Positions 11,784 through 23,508 of a DNA stretch of 64,000 nt are shown piece after piece. Each line of letters begins with the position of its first letter. Within the stretch, counting starts at the first letter, position 1. A model generated the notes under the pieces. It was not told the origin of the DNA, searched no databases, and was given only the letters and a program-made list of their open reading frames with translations. Origin of the DNA: Callorhinchus milii (Eukaryota); contig NW_024704742.1 of NCBI RefSeq assembly GCF_018977255.1, positions 91,762,001 through 91,826,000 on the forward strand. Direction: 5' to 3'. The position numbers and the translations under genes are program-made.

Positions 11784-12194
11784 ATCCATCTGAAAGGATG
11801 GTACTTCTGATAATGTAAGCTTGTCAGAAGGCTTAGTTCAAGACTTAGCTTGAAGGCTTAGTTGAGGAAGGGCAGGAGAAGGCTCATGTGGAGCATAAAC
11901 ACTGGCATGGACCAGCTGGGCCGAATGGTCTGTTTCTGTGCTGAATATTCTAATGTATTCTAATGTAATGCTCTCCCAGTATTACACTGGAATATCCAGG
12001 TTTAGACCTGGCTTCAGTCTTGATGTGGGATTCAAGCTGCAACCTTCTGATCTGCTCCGAGACACTGCCCCACGTGAAGGGCAAAATGTTGTTGTTGTTG
12101 ATACAAATGCAATAGTAGTGTTATCTTGGTTATTGATTGTTCACTCACCATGTCAAAACAGGATGCTTATGTAAGTTTAAATCACCAGACATCA

Positions 12195-12695
12195 TACTCA
12201 AGCTATATATTTCTCTGATCAGATCACACCTTGAGTACTGCAGATGGTTCTGATCACCATGACCGAAAGTGACAGCGCAGGCCCTAGAGACAGTGCAGAG
12301 GAGAGCTATGAGTAAGAGGAATGTGCGATGACTAATGACAAGTCAAGCTACAGCTCTTCAGTCTTGAGATAAAATGCTTGAGAAAAGATATAGAGGTGTA
12401 TAAAATTCTAAATGGGATTCAAAAAGGAAAGCCAGATCAATATATTAGGATACACCAAAACAATAGAGCAAGACATCATAGGTTTAGATGCCCAAAAGGC
12501 ATTTTCAGGACAGACAAAAAAGATTTTCTTTACCCAAAGGGAACAGGTTGCCAGGAGGAATGATTGAGGCCAGAATTCTTGATTCATTATATAAAAAACA
12601 CACAGCTTGATGCTGTGATGGAAAGACTGGTAGGAAGGCAATCTGGACGCATGAGATCATATGGACCGAAGGGCCATCTGAACTAATCTTGTGAA
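12195..12695 (+). mobile_element. Old CR1 LINE 3' fragment
   Basis: cagatcacaccttgagtactg (RPHLEY-like), DIEVYKILNG, ggaccgaagggcc tail. Confidence 0.75.
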
Positions 12696-13527
12696 TTAGT
12701 GAGTGCTACCAATTGAGTTAAACTGATTCTGTAGACTTCACCCATTACATGTGCAATAAGGGGACAAGTACAATCATTCGGTTTTAAATCCACATGAATC
12801 AAGTAGATTAGAGTATAATGGATATAGTTTAATTTTTTTATCTGAGTTAACTATAACTCAGAACTCATCTTTCACTGGAGACATCTCATATTTGATCCTG
12901 GGCTTTAACAGATCATATTCACTATCCCTAGCAACATTTTTGTTCTCGGCTTGTATTGGTATTTTCTATTATAAGTCGGGATTGAAAACTTCACTAGCAG
13001 AAATGCCCTTTTCGCAAATCATGTTCTCTATAAATGTATAAAAAAAATGATTTAAGAGAAAGGCATTAATGTCAGTGAACCTCAGAGAATTTGTAATGTT
13101 GATTATTAAATGCTTTCACATGTTTCTCTTCTAATACGTTTCCTCAGATTGATCCCCTTCATTACTATATTAGAGTGTGTGAGAGACAGTAAAATCCTGC
13201 GCCTTGAGATGTTTCAACTTTGTGTTAAGGTGCTATATCAAATGCATGGATATATATCAGACAAAACTAATAGAATACAGAAAGCCGATTATCATTCTGT
13301 GCATGCTAAGGCATGCGCTGGAAGTAATCATTATAATATGCAAAAATAGCTTTCACTCCATTCATTATTAAACAAGTCAGTTCAGTGCTCCTCAAACAGA
13401 AACTCACAATTATAGTCTGCCATTTTCCACGCTGTCCAGGACCCAAGACTTCAGAAAGCTCTCTTCAAACGCATTTGGAAGAACAAGATTGAGACTGAAA
13501 CAGATATCAATTAACCCGTGCTTGGTT

Positions 13528-13645
13528 AACCCTCCCTCCACTCGGAGTCCCCCACCATCGGTCATCGGGCTTTCAGTCTTTCTGCCCCCACCGTTTGGCA
13601 CTCTATCCCACAGCTCCTTCGCCCCACCCTCTTTTGCCTCCTTCA
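13528..13645 (+). mobile_element. Older L2 3' fragment, left part (continues at 15692)
   Basis: ccaccatcggtcatcgggctttcagtc...gcctccttcaa, broken by an antisense L2. Confidence 0.8.
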
Positions 13646-15690
13646 ACAACAACAACAACAAGATTCCATTTATAAATCACCTTTCACGTCGGGAGGACGT
13701 CCCAAGGTGCTGGACAATTGGGTCAGGACCCGAGCAGGGGGGAAATGGTCAGGGTGAGGGGAGGGAAGGGAGAGAGCGAGGAGGGGGTAGAGAGTCGAGA
13801 GGGGAGCTGAAGGCACGATCAAAGAGAAAGGTCTTGAGACCGGCCTTGAAGGAGGAAAGGGAGGAGGCGGGGAAGGCACCGGGGGATAGAGTTCCAGAGC
13901 CTAGGGGCTGAGAGGCTGAAGGCCCGGCCACCGATGGTAGGGCGGTTGGGACGGGGGATGTGGAGCAGACCGGAGCCAGAGGAACGGAGGGTACGGGCAG
14001 GTAAGTAGGGGGATAGTAGGTCGGAGAGGTAGGAGGGAGCAAGGCCGTGAATGGCCTTGTAGGTGTGAGGATGAGCAAAACATTTATACAGTAAACCTCA
14101 CATAAATTGTTCCTGTTGGGACCATACATTTAACATGACTTGCAAATATGACTTATACAAAGTATGTGTTATATGACACTTGCATAAGTTATAGGAAATT
14201 CAACGGGACTTGGGCAGATGTACGATTCAGGTGAATGGCCTTGTAGGTGAGGATGAGGAGCTTGAATTCGATCCTCTGGGGGATGGGGAGCCAGTGGAGG
14301 CGAGCGAGGGTGGGAGTGATGTGGTCCTGGTGCGGGACAGTACACGAGCTGCAGAGTTCTGAATGACCTGCAGCTTGTGGAGAGAGGTGGCGGGAAGGCC
14401 GATGAGGAGAGAGTTCCCATAGTCCAGCCTTGAGGTGATAAAGGCGTGGACCAGAGCTTCAGCAGCGTGAGGGTTGAGGTAGTGCCGTAGTCTGGCGATG
14501 TTTCGGAGGTGATGGAAGGCGGTGCCAGTTGTGGCGCGGATATGAGGAAGAAAGGACAGCTCATGGTCGAACAGAACCCCGAGGTTCCTGACTGCTTTGA
14601 GAGGTGGAGAGTGCAGCCTTGGATGCTGATGCTGTCAGCGCCTGAGGTGCGGAGGCGCTGACGTGAGCCAATCAGGAGGGCCTCAGTTTTGCGCACGTTG
14701 AGCTGAAGAAAGTTGTCTCTCGTCCAGGACTCGATGTCGGACAGGCAGCTGTCAGGACATCAGTGGTCGTGGAGTTGAGGGTAGAGGAGGAAAGGTAGAG
14801 TTGGGTGTCATCCACATACATGTGGAAATTAACTCCATGTCTGTGGATGATGTCACCAAGGGGGAGCATATAGAGGGTGAAGAGGAGGGGACCGACGACA
14901 GAGCCCTGAGGGACACCGCACGAGACAGTGCGGGGGCTGGAGGAAAAGCCATTAGCGGAGACAAAATGAACACGGTGGGAGAGGTATGACCTAAACCACC
15001 CAAGGACAGGGCCCTGAAGGTTGAGGTGGGAGGACAAGCGGTGGAGGAGGATAGAGTGGTCGACCGTATCGAATGCGGCCGATAGGTCGAGGAGGACGAG
15101 GAGGCAGAGGGAGCCCTGGTCGCAGATGGTCAAGATGTCATTGGTGACCTTGACCAGGGCGGTTTCCGTGCTATCAGCAGCACGGAAACCCAACTGGAGG
15201 GGTTCAAAAAGTGAATGGGTGGAGAGGAAAGAGCGCAGCTGGGAGGCGACAACTCTTTCCAGAACCTTGGACAGGAAGGGGAGGTTGGAGATGGGCCGGT
15301 AGCTTGATAGCTGCGACGCATCAAAGGAGGGTTTTTTCAGTCTGGGAGTGATGGTGGCAGTTTTGAGAGGAATGGGAACAGAGCCAGAGGAGAGGGACAG
15401 GTTAATGGTGTCTGTGAGAAGTGGGGCAAGGAGGTGGAGCTGGGAGATAAGGAGTGGAGTGGGGATGGGATCCAGGGAGCAGGTGGTGGGTTTCAAGGAC
15501 AGGATGAGGTTGCTGACAGAGGGTGGGGAAACGGGTTCGAAGGTGTGTAGAGGAGGATGGGTAGGACTCTGTGTGTGGGAGGGAAGGGGTGGGGGTTGGG
15601 TGGAAGTTGGAGGGGCAGTGACCGCGGAGCGGATTCCTTTGATTTTGGATTCAAGAAAATCCAGCATCTCCTCGCAGTGGAGGCTTGTTT
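13644..15690 (-). mobile_element. L2 LINE, ~2 kb, 5'-truncated, disrupted RT ORF2 with a 159-bp non-L2 insert
   Basis: ORF 14672-15667 has [38 protein letters not shown] and [10 protein letters not shown]; frameshifts downstream; (CAA)n tail at 13644. Confidence 0.97.
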
Positions 15691-15691
15691 A

Positions 15692-15880
15692 AGGCTCAAG
15701 GCTCATTTAAGACCCTCCTCTTCAACCAAACCTTCATTCACCCTCCTAAACCCCATCCTCCCTGCCCTTCACCCCTTCTGATCCCAGCCACCAGCTCGAG
15801 TGCAAATCCTTCACTGTCCAGCACTTTGGGGCATTCTCCCAATGTGAAAGCACTATACAAATGTAATTTGTTGTTGTTGT
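15692..15880 (+). mobile_element. Older L2 3' fragment, right part
   Basis: caaggctcatttaagaccctcctcttcaacc...tgtaatttgttgttgttg continues the 13528 fragment. Confidence 0.8.
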
Positions 15881-16239
15881 CCCAGGGAGAAGTTATTTGT
15901 CAGGCTAGATTCAGTCTTTGGTGCTGCAACAACTTTACGTGGCCAGCAACAAGCCTTTCCAGTGTCATGTGCTTTTTTTCAACTACGTTGGTGTAGTACA
16001 TGGGGATGTCACTGTTCAGATTTTCTGTGTTTTTCCAGCTGGAAAATGGCGTTTGGGAAACCCAACTTAAATTGGAAAGAAGGGAAGGAAAATTATTTGA
16101 AAGTACATTTTGTTTATTGAGAAAAGGGGATAGGTCAGACAGAACAGGTTACATTAGATACGAGAAAGTAAAAAAAAACGTAAATTAATACAAATGAGAG
16201 AATGGGAGAAGGAACAAGGAAACAAAATGCAAGTTGTAA

Positions 16240-16600
16240 TTAATTTTCCTCCTCCCCACCTGCAAAGCAGTGAGGCTAATTATTGTGCTCCAACTACTGG
16301 CTCAGTCGAGATCAGCCAACTCAACACAGGGGGTGATCTTAACTCAGAACATCTGGATTTATGGCTTAGTTCTGCACTGGGCAGTGCTTAACCTCCTAGG
16401 CCATTAGAAGAGCCAATGAAAGAGCAGGGTATTCTTGAAGTGTGAACCTGGAAAGTGAGTGTTGGCAGCTATTCAACTGCAGAGGGCATCCCAATCAAGC
16501 CTGATTCTGTCCTTTCCTGAGATGTCCACACACATAGATATTTAGCTGTATTCAGTGGATCGGGATAAAAAAGCCGAAACTGAACAATTTTTCCCTCACT
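16240..16600 (-). mobile_element. Ancient tRNA-derived SINE pieces, family unassigned
   Basis: gagatcagccaactcaacacag motif recurs inverted near 35497-35519; the 16460-16560 piece resembles 53700-53800. Confidence 0.5.
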
Positions 16601-17534
16601 GTCTAAAATCAAAAATAAAACACTGATAACTATTCTAGGCGGACGAACCAACCGGCTAGTAATTATAGTGACCTTAGCAGTCTGTAAATGGAATGTGTGG
16701 AATATCAGTAACCAGTATACAGCGAAATAGATTTTACACTAGTTTCTAAATTACTCAATTTAACTGTCAGCATTGAATTCTTTATCAGTAATTGTGTAAA
16801 AAAGAGGCAGGTCAACTCAGTAAGCCTTATTAAAGCTTATTAACCATGAATAAACTGTAATTAACTTATCAAGCAGGTACTTTAGTTGAGATTTTTGTGC
16901 TCAATTTAACAGTTTGTGTGATATTTAATAGATCGAATATGTGGGAGGGAAACTCCCATTGGTGTTCTTAATGATAAAGTCTGAGAAGTGAGGTTTCAGC
17001 AAGGGATTCCAGCTTGTGAATCTGAGTTATTCAGCAAGGAAACAATTCAAAAAGCTGCTTATCATGCCAGCTGTTGATCAAAGACTGCAATTACCTTCTC
17101 AGCTCCACAGATGTTATCATTTATATAGCCATCAGGGGAAGAAAGATTCCATGTAATAAACAATGAATGGACCATTATATTGACCCCAGAAGTCTCTGAC
17201 TAGTTGTTCTTGTGCCTATTGTCAGGAAGATATTGACTGGATGTGTGTTACACGGATGGGAACAGAGGCAGCATTAATGCCAACTGGCTGGGACTGAGCA
17301 AAAAAGAACAATGCTTTTCAACCCAACTGAGGATGGATTCAATGATAACCATTGGGTCTGGGGCACAGGCTTTGTGTAACAGCATTGCAAACATTATCCA
17401 GGGTCACATCAAGACACAAGTCTCAATGTTTTTCTTTTCCTGTAACTGCAATATACTTTTTTATATCATGTAGAATCTAATTTCCAAACACAGCCACCCA
17501 ATATAATGCTGTGGCTTGGGTTGATAAAATCAGC

Positions 17535-18400
17535 CAGACTGGTAAAATGGGCAGAAACTTGTCTGATGAAGTTTAATGTGGAGAAATGAGAAGTGAAGCA
17601 TTTTGGGAGGAAGAATGAGGAGAGACAATATAAGCTGATGGTAGCATCTTAAAGGGGTTGAAGGAACAGAGAGACCTCGGCGTTCACATAAGTATATCTT
17701 TGAAGGTGACAGGACAGGGAGATAAAGCTGTTAAAAAAGCATATGCGATACTAGGCTTTATAAATAGGGGCATAGAATACAAAAGTCAGGAAGTTATGAT
17801 GAACCTTTATAAAAACACTGGTTAGACCTCAGCTAGAGACTGGGTTCAGTTCTGGGCAGCACACTTTAGGAAGGATGTCATGGCATTGGAGAGGGTGCAA
17901 AGGAGATTTACCAGGATGGTACCAGGAATGAGGGACTTCAGTTATCAGGAGAGGCTGGAGAACCTAGGATTATTCTCCTTAGAGCAGAAAAGGTTAACAA
18001 GAGACTTAATAGAAGTTTTCAAAATTATGAGGGTATTCGATAGGGTGAACAAGGAGAAACAATTTCTACTGGTGGGTGGGTCGGTAATCCAAGGGCACCG
18101 ATTTAAAATAGTTATTAAAAGAAACAGAGGGGAGGTGAGGAGAAATTTTTTTTACACATCGAGTTGTTTGGATCTGGAATGCATTACCTGAAAGGGTGGT
18201 GGAAGCCGATTCGATAACAATTTTTAAGAGAGAAATAGATAATTATTTGAGGAGGACAAGTTTGCAGAGCTATAGGAAGAGAGCAGGGGAGTGGGATTGA
18301 TTTGGATAGCTCTTCTCAAAGAGCCGGCACAGACATGATGGGCCAAATGGCCTCCTTCTATGCTGTATAATTCTATGATACTCTGTGATAGTCTATGATA
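17535..18400 (+). mobile_element. CR1 LINE 3' end
   Basis: ORF ALERVQRRFTRMVPGMRDFSYQERLENLGLFSLEQKRL; tail gggccaaatggcctccttctatgctgtataattctatgat. Confidence 0.95.
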
Positions 18401-19334
18401 CATCTTAAATATACAACAGTGCAAATTGTTATTGTTGACTTTGGATTGAGGGTAGAGAGAGAAAAATGTATTTTCCCTGCAATTTTGCATTTTAGTCATT
18501 TTTGTAGAAACATTGAGGTGAAACATACAATGTTTCATAATTAACGCCATGTTTTAAATGTCTGTTGTGAAATATCACGTTTTATTTAATTGTCCCATTG
18601 TTTGAAATGAATTGGCTGCTCAACCCACTGTTATTTGTAGGACTTTCCAGTCTTAAATTAGTTGCTATGATTGCCTATGTAACAACACATTCACTTCTTA
18701 TCCACTAGAAATATACAGTCTCTCCATTTCACAGTAACACTTGTGAACTGTTTTGAGACACTCGACCACATAATAAAATGTCATATCAACTGCAAAGATC
18801 ATTATTATTATATTAATTTTATTTGACATAGCACTTCGCTATGTTTATTTTATGTGAAAGACGATATATAATTGCAAGATGTGCTTGTTATGTAATTATG
18901 GTTAAATTCAGCAAAAAAGCTATGAATGGGTGGTGGTATGGAATCCAATGCCTGGTAAGGGTTTGATGTGCTTGTTTAGGTTGTTTTAACATTTGATAAC
19001 CAAATATGGAAGGTAGTATGCAACTAACTTTCTGGTGGTGCCTATGCACTTGTCTGATACTATTGTTCTAATGGGAAGAGAATGTCTGATTTTGCAGAGC
19101 CTGTCTGATCTCTGCTAGATCTTGCTGTGTATGGTTGCACAAGTAGTCATTTAACCCCCAGTTTTGTGGTTAGTGATAAGTAGTTTTTCTGGTACTGTCT
19201 GAGCAATCACAACAAACTGCTTGGTGCAGTTTGTTCAAATCTTGGGAGTATTTACCCATGCTCCAAATCTTAGATTCATTTATTCTGTAAATTTATAGAG
19301 CAGTTTCAATTATATTAATGAGGATCTAGTAACA

Positions 19335-19720
19335 GCAGTAAATTTGCACATAACAGTGTCCCACTAACAACCAAGTGAATGACTAATTTTATCTGAGGGA
19401 TTGTTGGCCAGGACACCAGGAGAAACTCCTATCTCTTTTTGAATCATGCCACGGGATGGTCAACATCCACCTGAACAGGGAGATAAGGTCCTCAGTTTAA
19501 CATCTCATCTTAAAGACTGCAACTTTGACAAGTCAGCACATCCCCAGCATGGAATTGGAGTGTTAGCTTAGACTATGTGAATCCAAAGTCAACAACAACA
19601 ATTTGCATGAAATAGCGCTCCTCATGCAGGGTAGCATCCCAGAGGGCTGACGTGGGGCTTAGAACCTATAATCTTTGGTCTTAGAGGCAAGAGTGCCACC
19701 GACTGAGCCATGTTGACACA
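19335..19720 (-). mobile_element. Deu-SINE with a short L2 tail inserted at ~19590-19645
   Basis: ttgttggccaggacaccaggagaaactcc...aacatccacctgaacag...agaggcaagagtgccaccgactgagccatgttgaca. Confidence 0.85.
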
Positions 19721-20664
19721 CTGAGGAAGAAGGGAATCAATTACCACCATTAAGAGTTGAGTATTGTGACCTTTACATATGAATCAGAATTTCAGACCCA
19801 AAGCCAAACTGAACCTAGAAATATTGTAGCAGCAGCATCTCATCTTACTCGCTTTTCTCAATCATTCCAGCTTTTCCAACCTTTGAACTATTTACTAGTC
19901 CTCTTTCACACACTTGGCAAGAAGATAACTAAGCATATATTGTTGCTGAATTTGGACAGGTTTTTGTTTCCTTGAGATACAAAATCCTTTGTGTGCTTCC
20001 TAATCTAAATGATTGAAAACTCTTCATGAATGATAACCCACAAATCAGATGCAGTGCAACCTACCAAAAGAAGAGAGCTGATGAAACAAGGTCATAATCT
20101 TAGATATGTATTGCTCTTATATATCCCATTTATGCTTCTGTCTGTATCAACAACAGCTGCTTTCTGGCTTTATCACAATTTCCCTTAAACCCAGAGTTAG
20201 AGTGAATTACTAACTGGAACCTGCTCAGATGAGGAATGTCAAAATGAACTGGTAAAGAGAGATACTGCAACTATATGAAGAAAGGACGATCGTTCAACAT
20301 AATCATATGCTCGTCATATGTTTTCTTCTAGTTGTCTATGAACTTTTGCACAAACATCAATCATGTGGTTCATTGACCACCACAATGTTCCCTGTTGGAG
20401 CGGGAAAATGGTATAGCTGTCCAGTCACTGCTTATCCTTCCACATATTGAGCAATTGGCAGACCAACAGCGACAGGAAAAACTCCAGCCCCAATTCACAT
20501 TCCCACACACCCCCACCCCCCACCCCCATCCTGCCACACTCCCAGAAAATTCAATGCAATATCTTCAGTAGAGACCTGACAGGATAAATCCATGGAATTG
20601 AAAGCTGAGAGGTAAGTGAGAACAGCATTGAGTGCTGTGACATTCTGATTTCAGCGACTAAATT

Positions 20665-20835
20665 CCATGGATCCACTATGGACTGAGCAGTGCAGATGTT
20701 CAATACCAGACTGGACAGTTCCCAAACCAATCTGGACTGAGCTTGGAAAGTTAGTCCAAGACCAAACCTGGAGGGATCCCAAACCAATCTGCACTGAGCC
20801 CTGAAAATTCCGAACGCCAAACCTAGCATTTATCC
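20665..20835. repeat. Degenerate ~57-bp tandem repeat, ~3 units
   Basis: cccaaaccaatctg(g/c)actgagc at 20721 and 20778; a third, decayed unit has ggactgagc at 20680. Confidence 0.7.
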
Positions 20836-21819
20836 TAATGACTCTAAAAGGACTCAAGAGAAGGTTGGTTAACTCCAATTTAAACACAGGGCATTCCATA
20901 AAATTGCACATGGCAGGACCCAGATTAGCTCGAGCGCAATTTAGACTCCATCGTGAAAATGCTACATACGAAACTCAGATAGCTCGCAATTCACCATAGA
21001 CCTAGCCTCATGTTTCTCAAAACCAGACAGGATGACTGCCAATCTAACCTGATTAATCTCAGAAAGTGCTCAGGTCTTCTCTGGACGATAGCTAAGGAGC
21101 CTCCATCTCCTATTGCATATTCAATAAAAATCCAGCAAACCATTGTGCACCAGCTGAATCTCTTCCTTCAGTACATCCAAACACTGAGCAAGGAGGGGAT
21201 GTGCTATTTAAGTACAGGGATCATTTGGCACTCTTCTACTTTAGAACATCAGCTACAAGCTTCTTTCTGGGATGACAAGACTGTAGCAGACACAGTTAAT
21301 TGAAAGGAGTTCTGCAACCTAAGCTTTTGAGTCCTGCAAATTACAATTAGTTTCTGTCAATTTACTCTGAAGATTAATTTCCAGGCTAAAGTGTTACATA
21401 AGAATGTAGGTTTATAGAGATGGATGTAAAGCACTGGAAAAGACCATTGGTGGGTTACACTTAAAAAAAACCTGTACTACTTTAACCCTCAAACCTCTAA
21501 ATAGATTATTTTGCCAACTAACTGTCTAATTCCCTCTGGAATTTGCAGCACCAATCACCATCTCCATGGGTAGTACATTCTACATATTCATCATTCTCTG
21601 TGTAAGGCAATTGCATTTATGCTGTTTATTTATCTTCTTAGGTCAAGTTCATGCCCTCTTGTAATCGACCCATGGCACCCTTCACTATACCTGTCTAAAT
21701 GTTACAGAAGCTGTTACAGTATATCTGCAACTTTGCTTCATTTATATCTGTGCTTCCTCTTCAGCCTCTGGCATGATTAATCTGTGGTAGTGAGCATCGT
21801 CAGCAAATCTTCTGCTTAC

Positions 21820-21908
21820 CAGAAACGGACATCATTCTTCCTGCCGTTTGAACCTCTGTGGCTGACCACCAAAGCCACAGCTGTATGACAAAAGAGGCAC
21901 AGTGCCGC
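21820..21908 (-). CDS. Candidate exon (89 nt) of an unidentified minus-strand gene
   Basis: tttgcctgttttcag|GCGGCAC...CGTTTCTG|gtaagc in repeat-free DNA; frame uncertain. Confidence 0.4.
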
Positions 21909-22008
21909 CTGAAAACAGGCAAACTTTCAAGCTGAAAATATTTCACAAGCTGTGTCCTATTCCCAGACAACTTAGCCTGCCCTATTCCTTAATCAATTTA
22001 ACCCGTAC

Positions 22009-22024
22009 CTTCTGCTGCTGTGAT
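22009..22024 (-). CDS. Candidate 16-nt microexon
   Basis: catgcctttttgtttctttcag|ATCACAGCAGCAGAAG|gtacgg; 100-nt intron to the 21908 acceptor. Confidence 0.4.
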
Positions 22025-22589
22025 CTGAAAGAAACAAAAAGGCATGAAACTAACAGAGAGAAAAGGACTGTAGTTCTCCAAGATACAGATAATCCCAAAT
22101 TGGTTGAGAGAGTGGATAATGAAGACAGGATTTTGTGCTTGATTTTACAGTGTTTGCTTTTGTCCTCCAGCGCTCTTCCCCACTGACAGATATATCCTGC
22201 TCTGCATTTTCACCTTAAAGGAGGCTGTGTTTATGAAACACATTTGGCAATCTCTTCTTGTTGTTTGAGGAGGAGAAAGATCCAGAAGAGAATCATTTTA
22301 AAGTGATGACATGTAGTCATAAAAATATCAGTAATGAAAGGAGGTTATTTGTTCCTCCATTTCTGCATGTGTTTGCTCCCCTCGGCATCTATCTGCTATA
22401 ATTTCATTTCCTTGCTCTCTTTCCAGACCCTTTTACTCTATCAAGATTTTCATCTTAACTGTAGCCTCCCATTACTGGTATCATTCCAATGAATTTGAGC
22501 TGAACATTTTCCACAGCTTTGATACCCTTTCGACAATTCTTCCCCCAAATTCATGCAGCTGCAGCCTAATCACTATTTTGTACAAAATC

Positions 22590-22790
22590 AACATACAATT
22601 ACATGGAATTGTATAGATTGTTACAGCACAGAAACAGGCCATTCGTCCCAACTAATCCATATCAGTGTCTAGACTCCACATGTGCTTTCACCCCTCCTAT
22701 TCCCCTCTCCCATATCCCACCAATCCCTTCTCTCTCCAGTATACATTAGATTTCCTCATAAATGCATTAATGCTTTCTGATTCAAACAAC
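22590..22790 (-). mobile_element. CR1 3' tail
   Basis: acagcacagaaacaggccattcgtccca is the reverse complement of the CR1 terminal motif. Confidence 0.7.
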
Positions 22791-22794
22791 TGCT

Positions 22795-23250
22795 TCAGAC
22801 ATCACCTCCTTACTTCTTACTCCTTCTTTATATCTAATGGATCGATTTCAAGATCCTCACAAAGATACCTGCAAAATGAAGACATGAAGATACCTACAAA
22901 TTACTTAATGTCCTAGTACCTTCCTACCTCTCCAATCCACACGCACCCCACTCCTCTACCTGCCCCCTTTGTTCGGCTGGCTTGGGCATCCCTCGACCCC
23001 ACCGCTCCACCATTGATGGCCGTGTCTTCAGCCACTACAACTTGAACCTCTGAAACTCACAGCCTCAATCCCTCTACCTTGCCCCCCTCTTTACCTGTCT
23101 TCAGATCACACCTTAAGAATTTCCTCGTCAACCATGCCTAAAGTCATCTTCTCTTTCTTCCCAGTTCAGCATCATATGACATCATTCTTCAGTGCTCCAA
23201 GACACTAGTCTGCTTGAAGGGTGCTACATTAATGCAAACTATCATTGTAA
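22795..23250 (+). mobile_element. Degraded L2 3' fragment
   Basis: gatcgatttcaagatcctcac...ccaccattgatggccgtgtcttcagccactac. Confidence 0.7.
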
Positions 23251-23394
23251 CCTTTGCACAGATCCCTTAAGTTCCTCTACTTGGGTTATTCCTTGAATAA
23301 TTTTAATATTTAGGGTACATTTTTATTCCATTTTCTTTCTCCCAAATGTACCATTATTTCCCATTTATCGATTTTGAACTTCATCTGCTATATA

Positions 23395-23508
23395 CAGCGT
23401 GACCAAAAAATTGTGATAACTATCCTATTATCTGAAAATAAACAATATCATAATTTCTTTAAGACATATTAGACATTGTAATGGTATCACAACTTTTTGG
23501 TCACCCTG
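23395..23508. mobile_element. Tc1/mariner MITE (114 bp)
   Basis: TA|cagcgtgaccaaaaaattgtgata ... tatcacaactttttggtcaccctg|TA: 24-bp TIRs with 2 mismatches and a TA target duplication. Confidence 0.85.

Noticed and set aside
14672..15667. 331-aa reverse transcriptase ORF as a functional gene or novel RT system
   Set aside because: 5'-truncated L2 ORF2 with no endonuclease domain, downstream frameshifts and an insertion.
20665..20835. CRISPR-like repeat-spacer array
   Set aside because: The intervening parts are also homologous, there are only ~3 units, there are no cas genes and the context is vertebrate.
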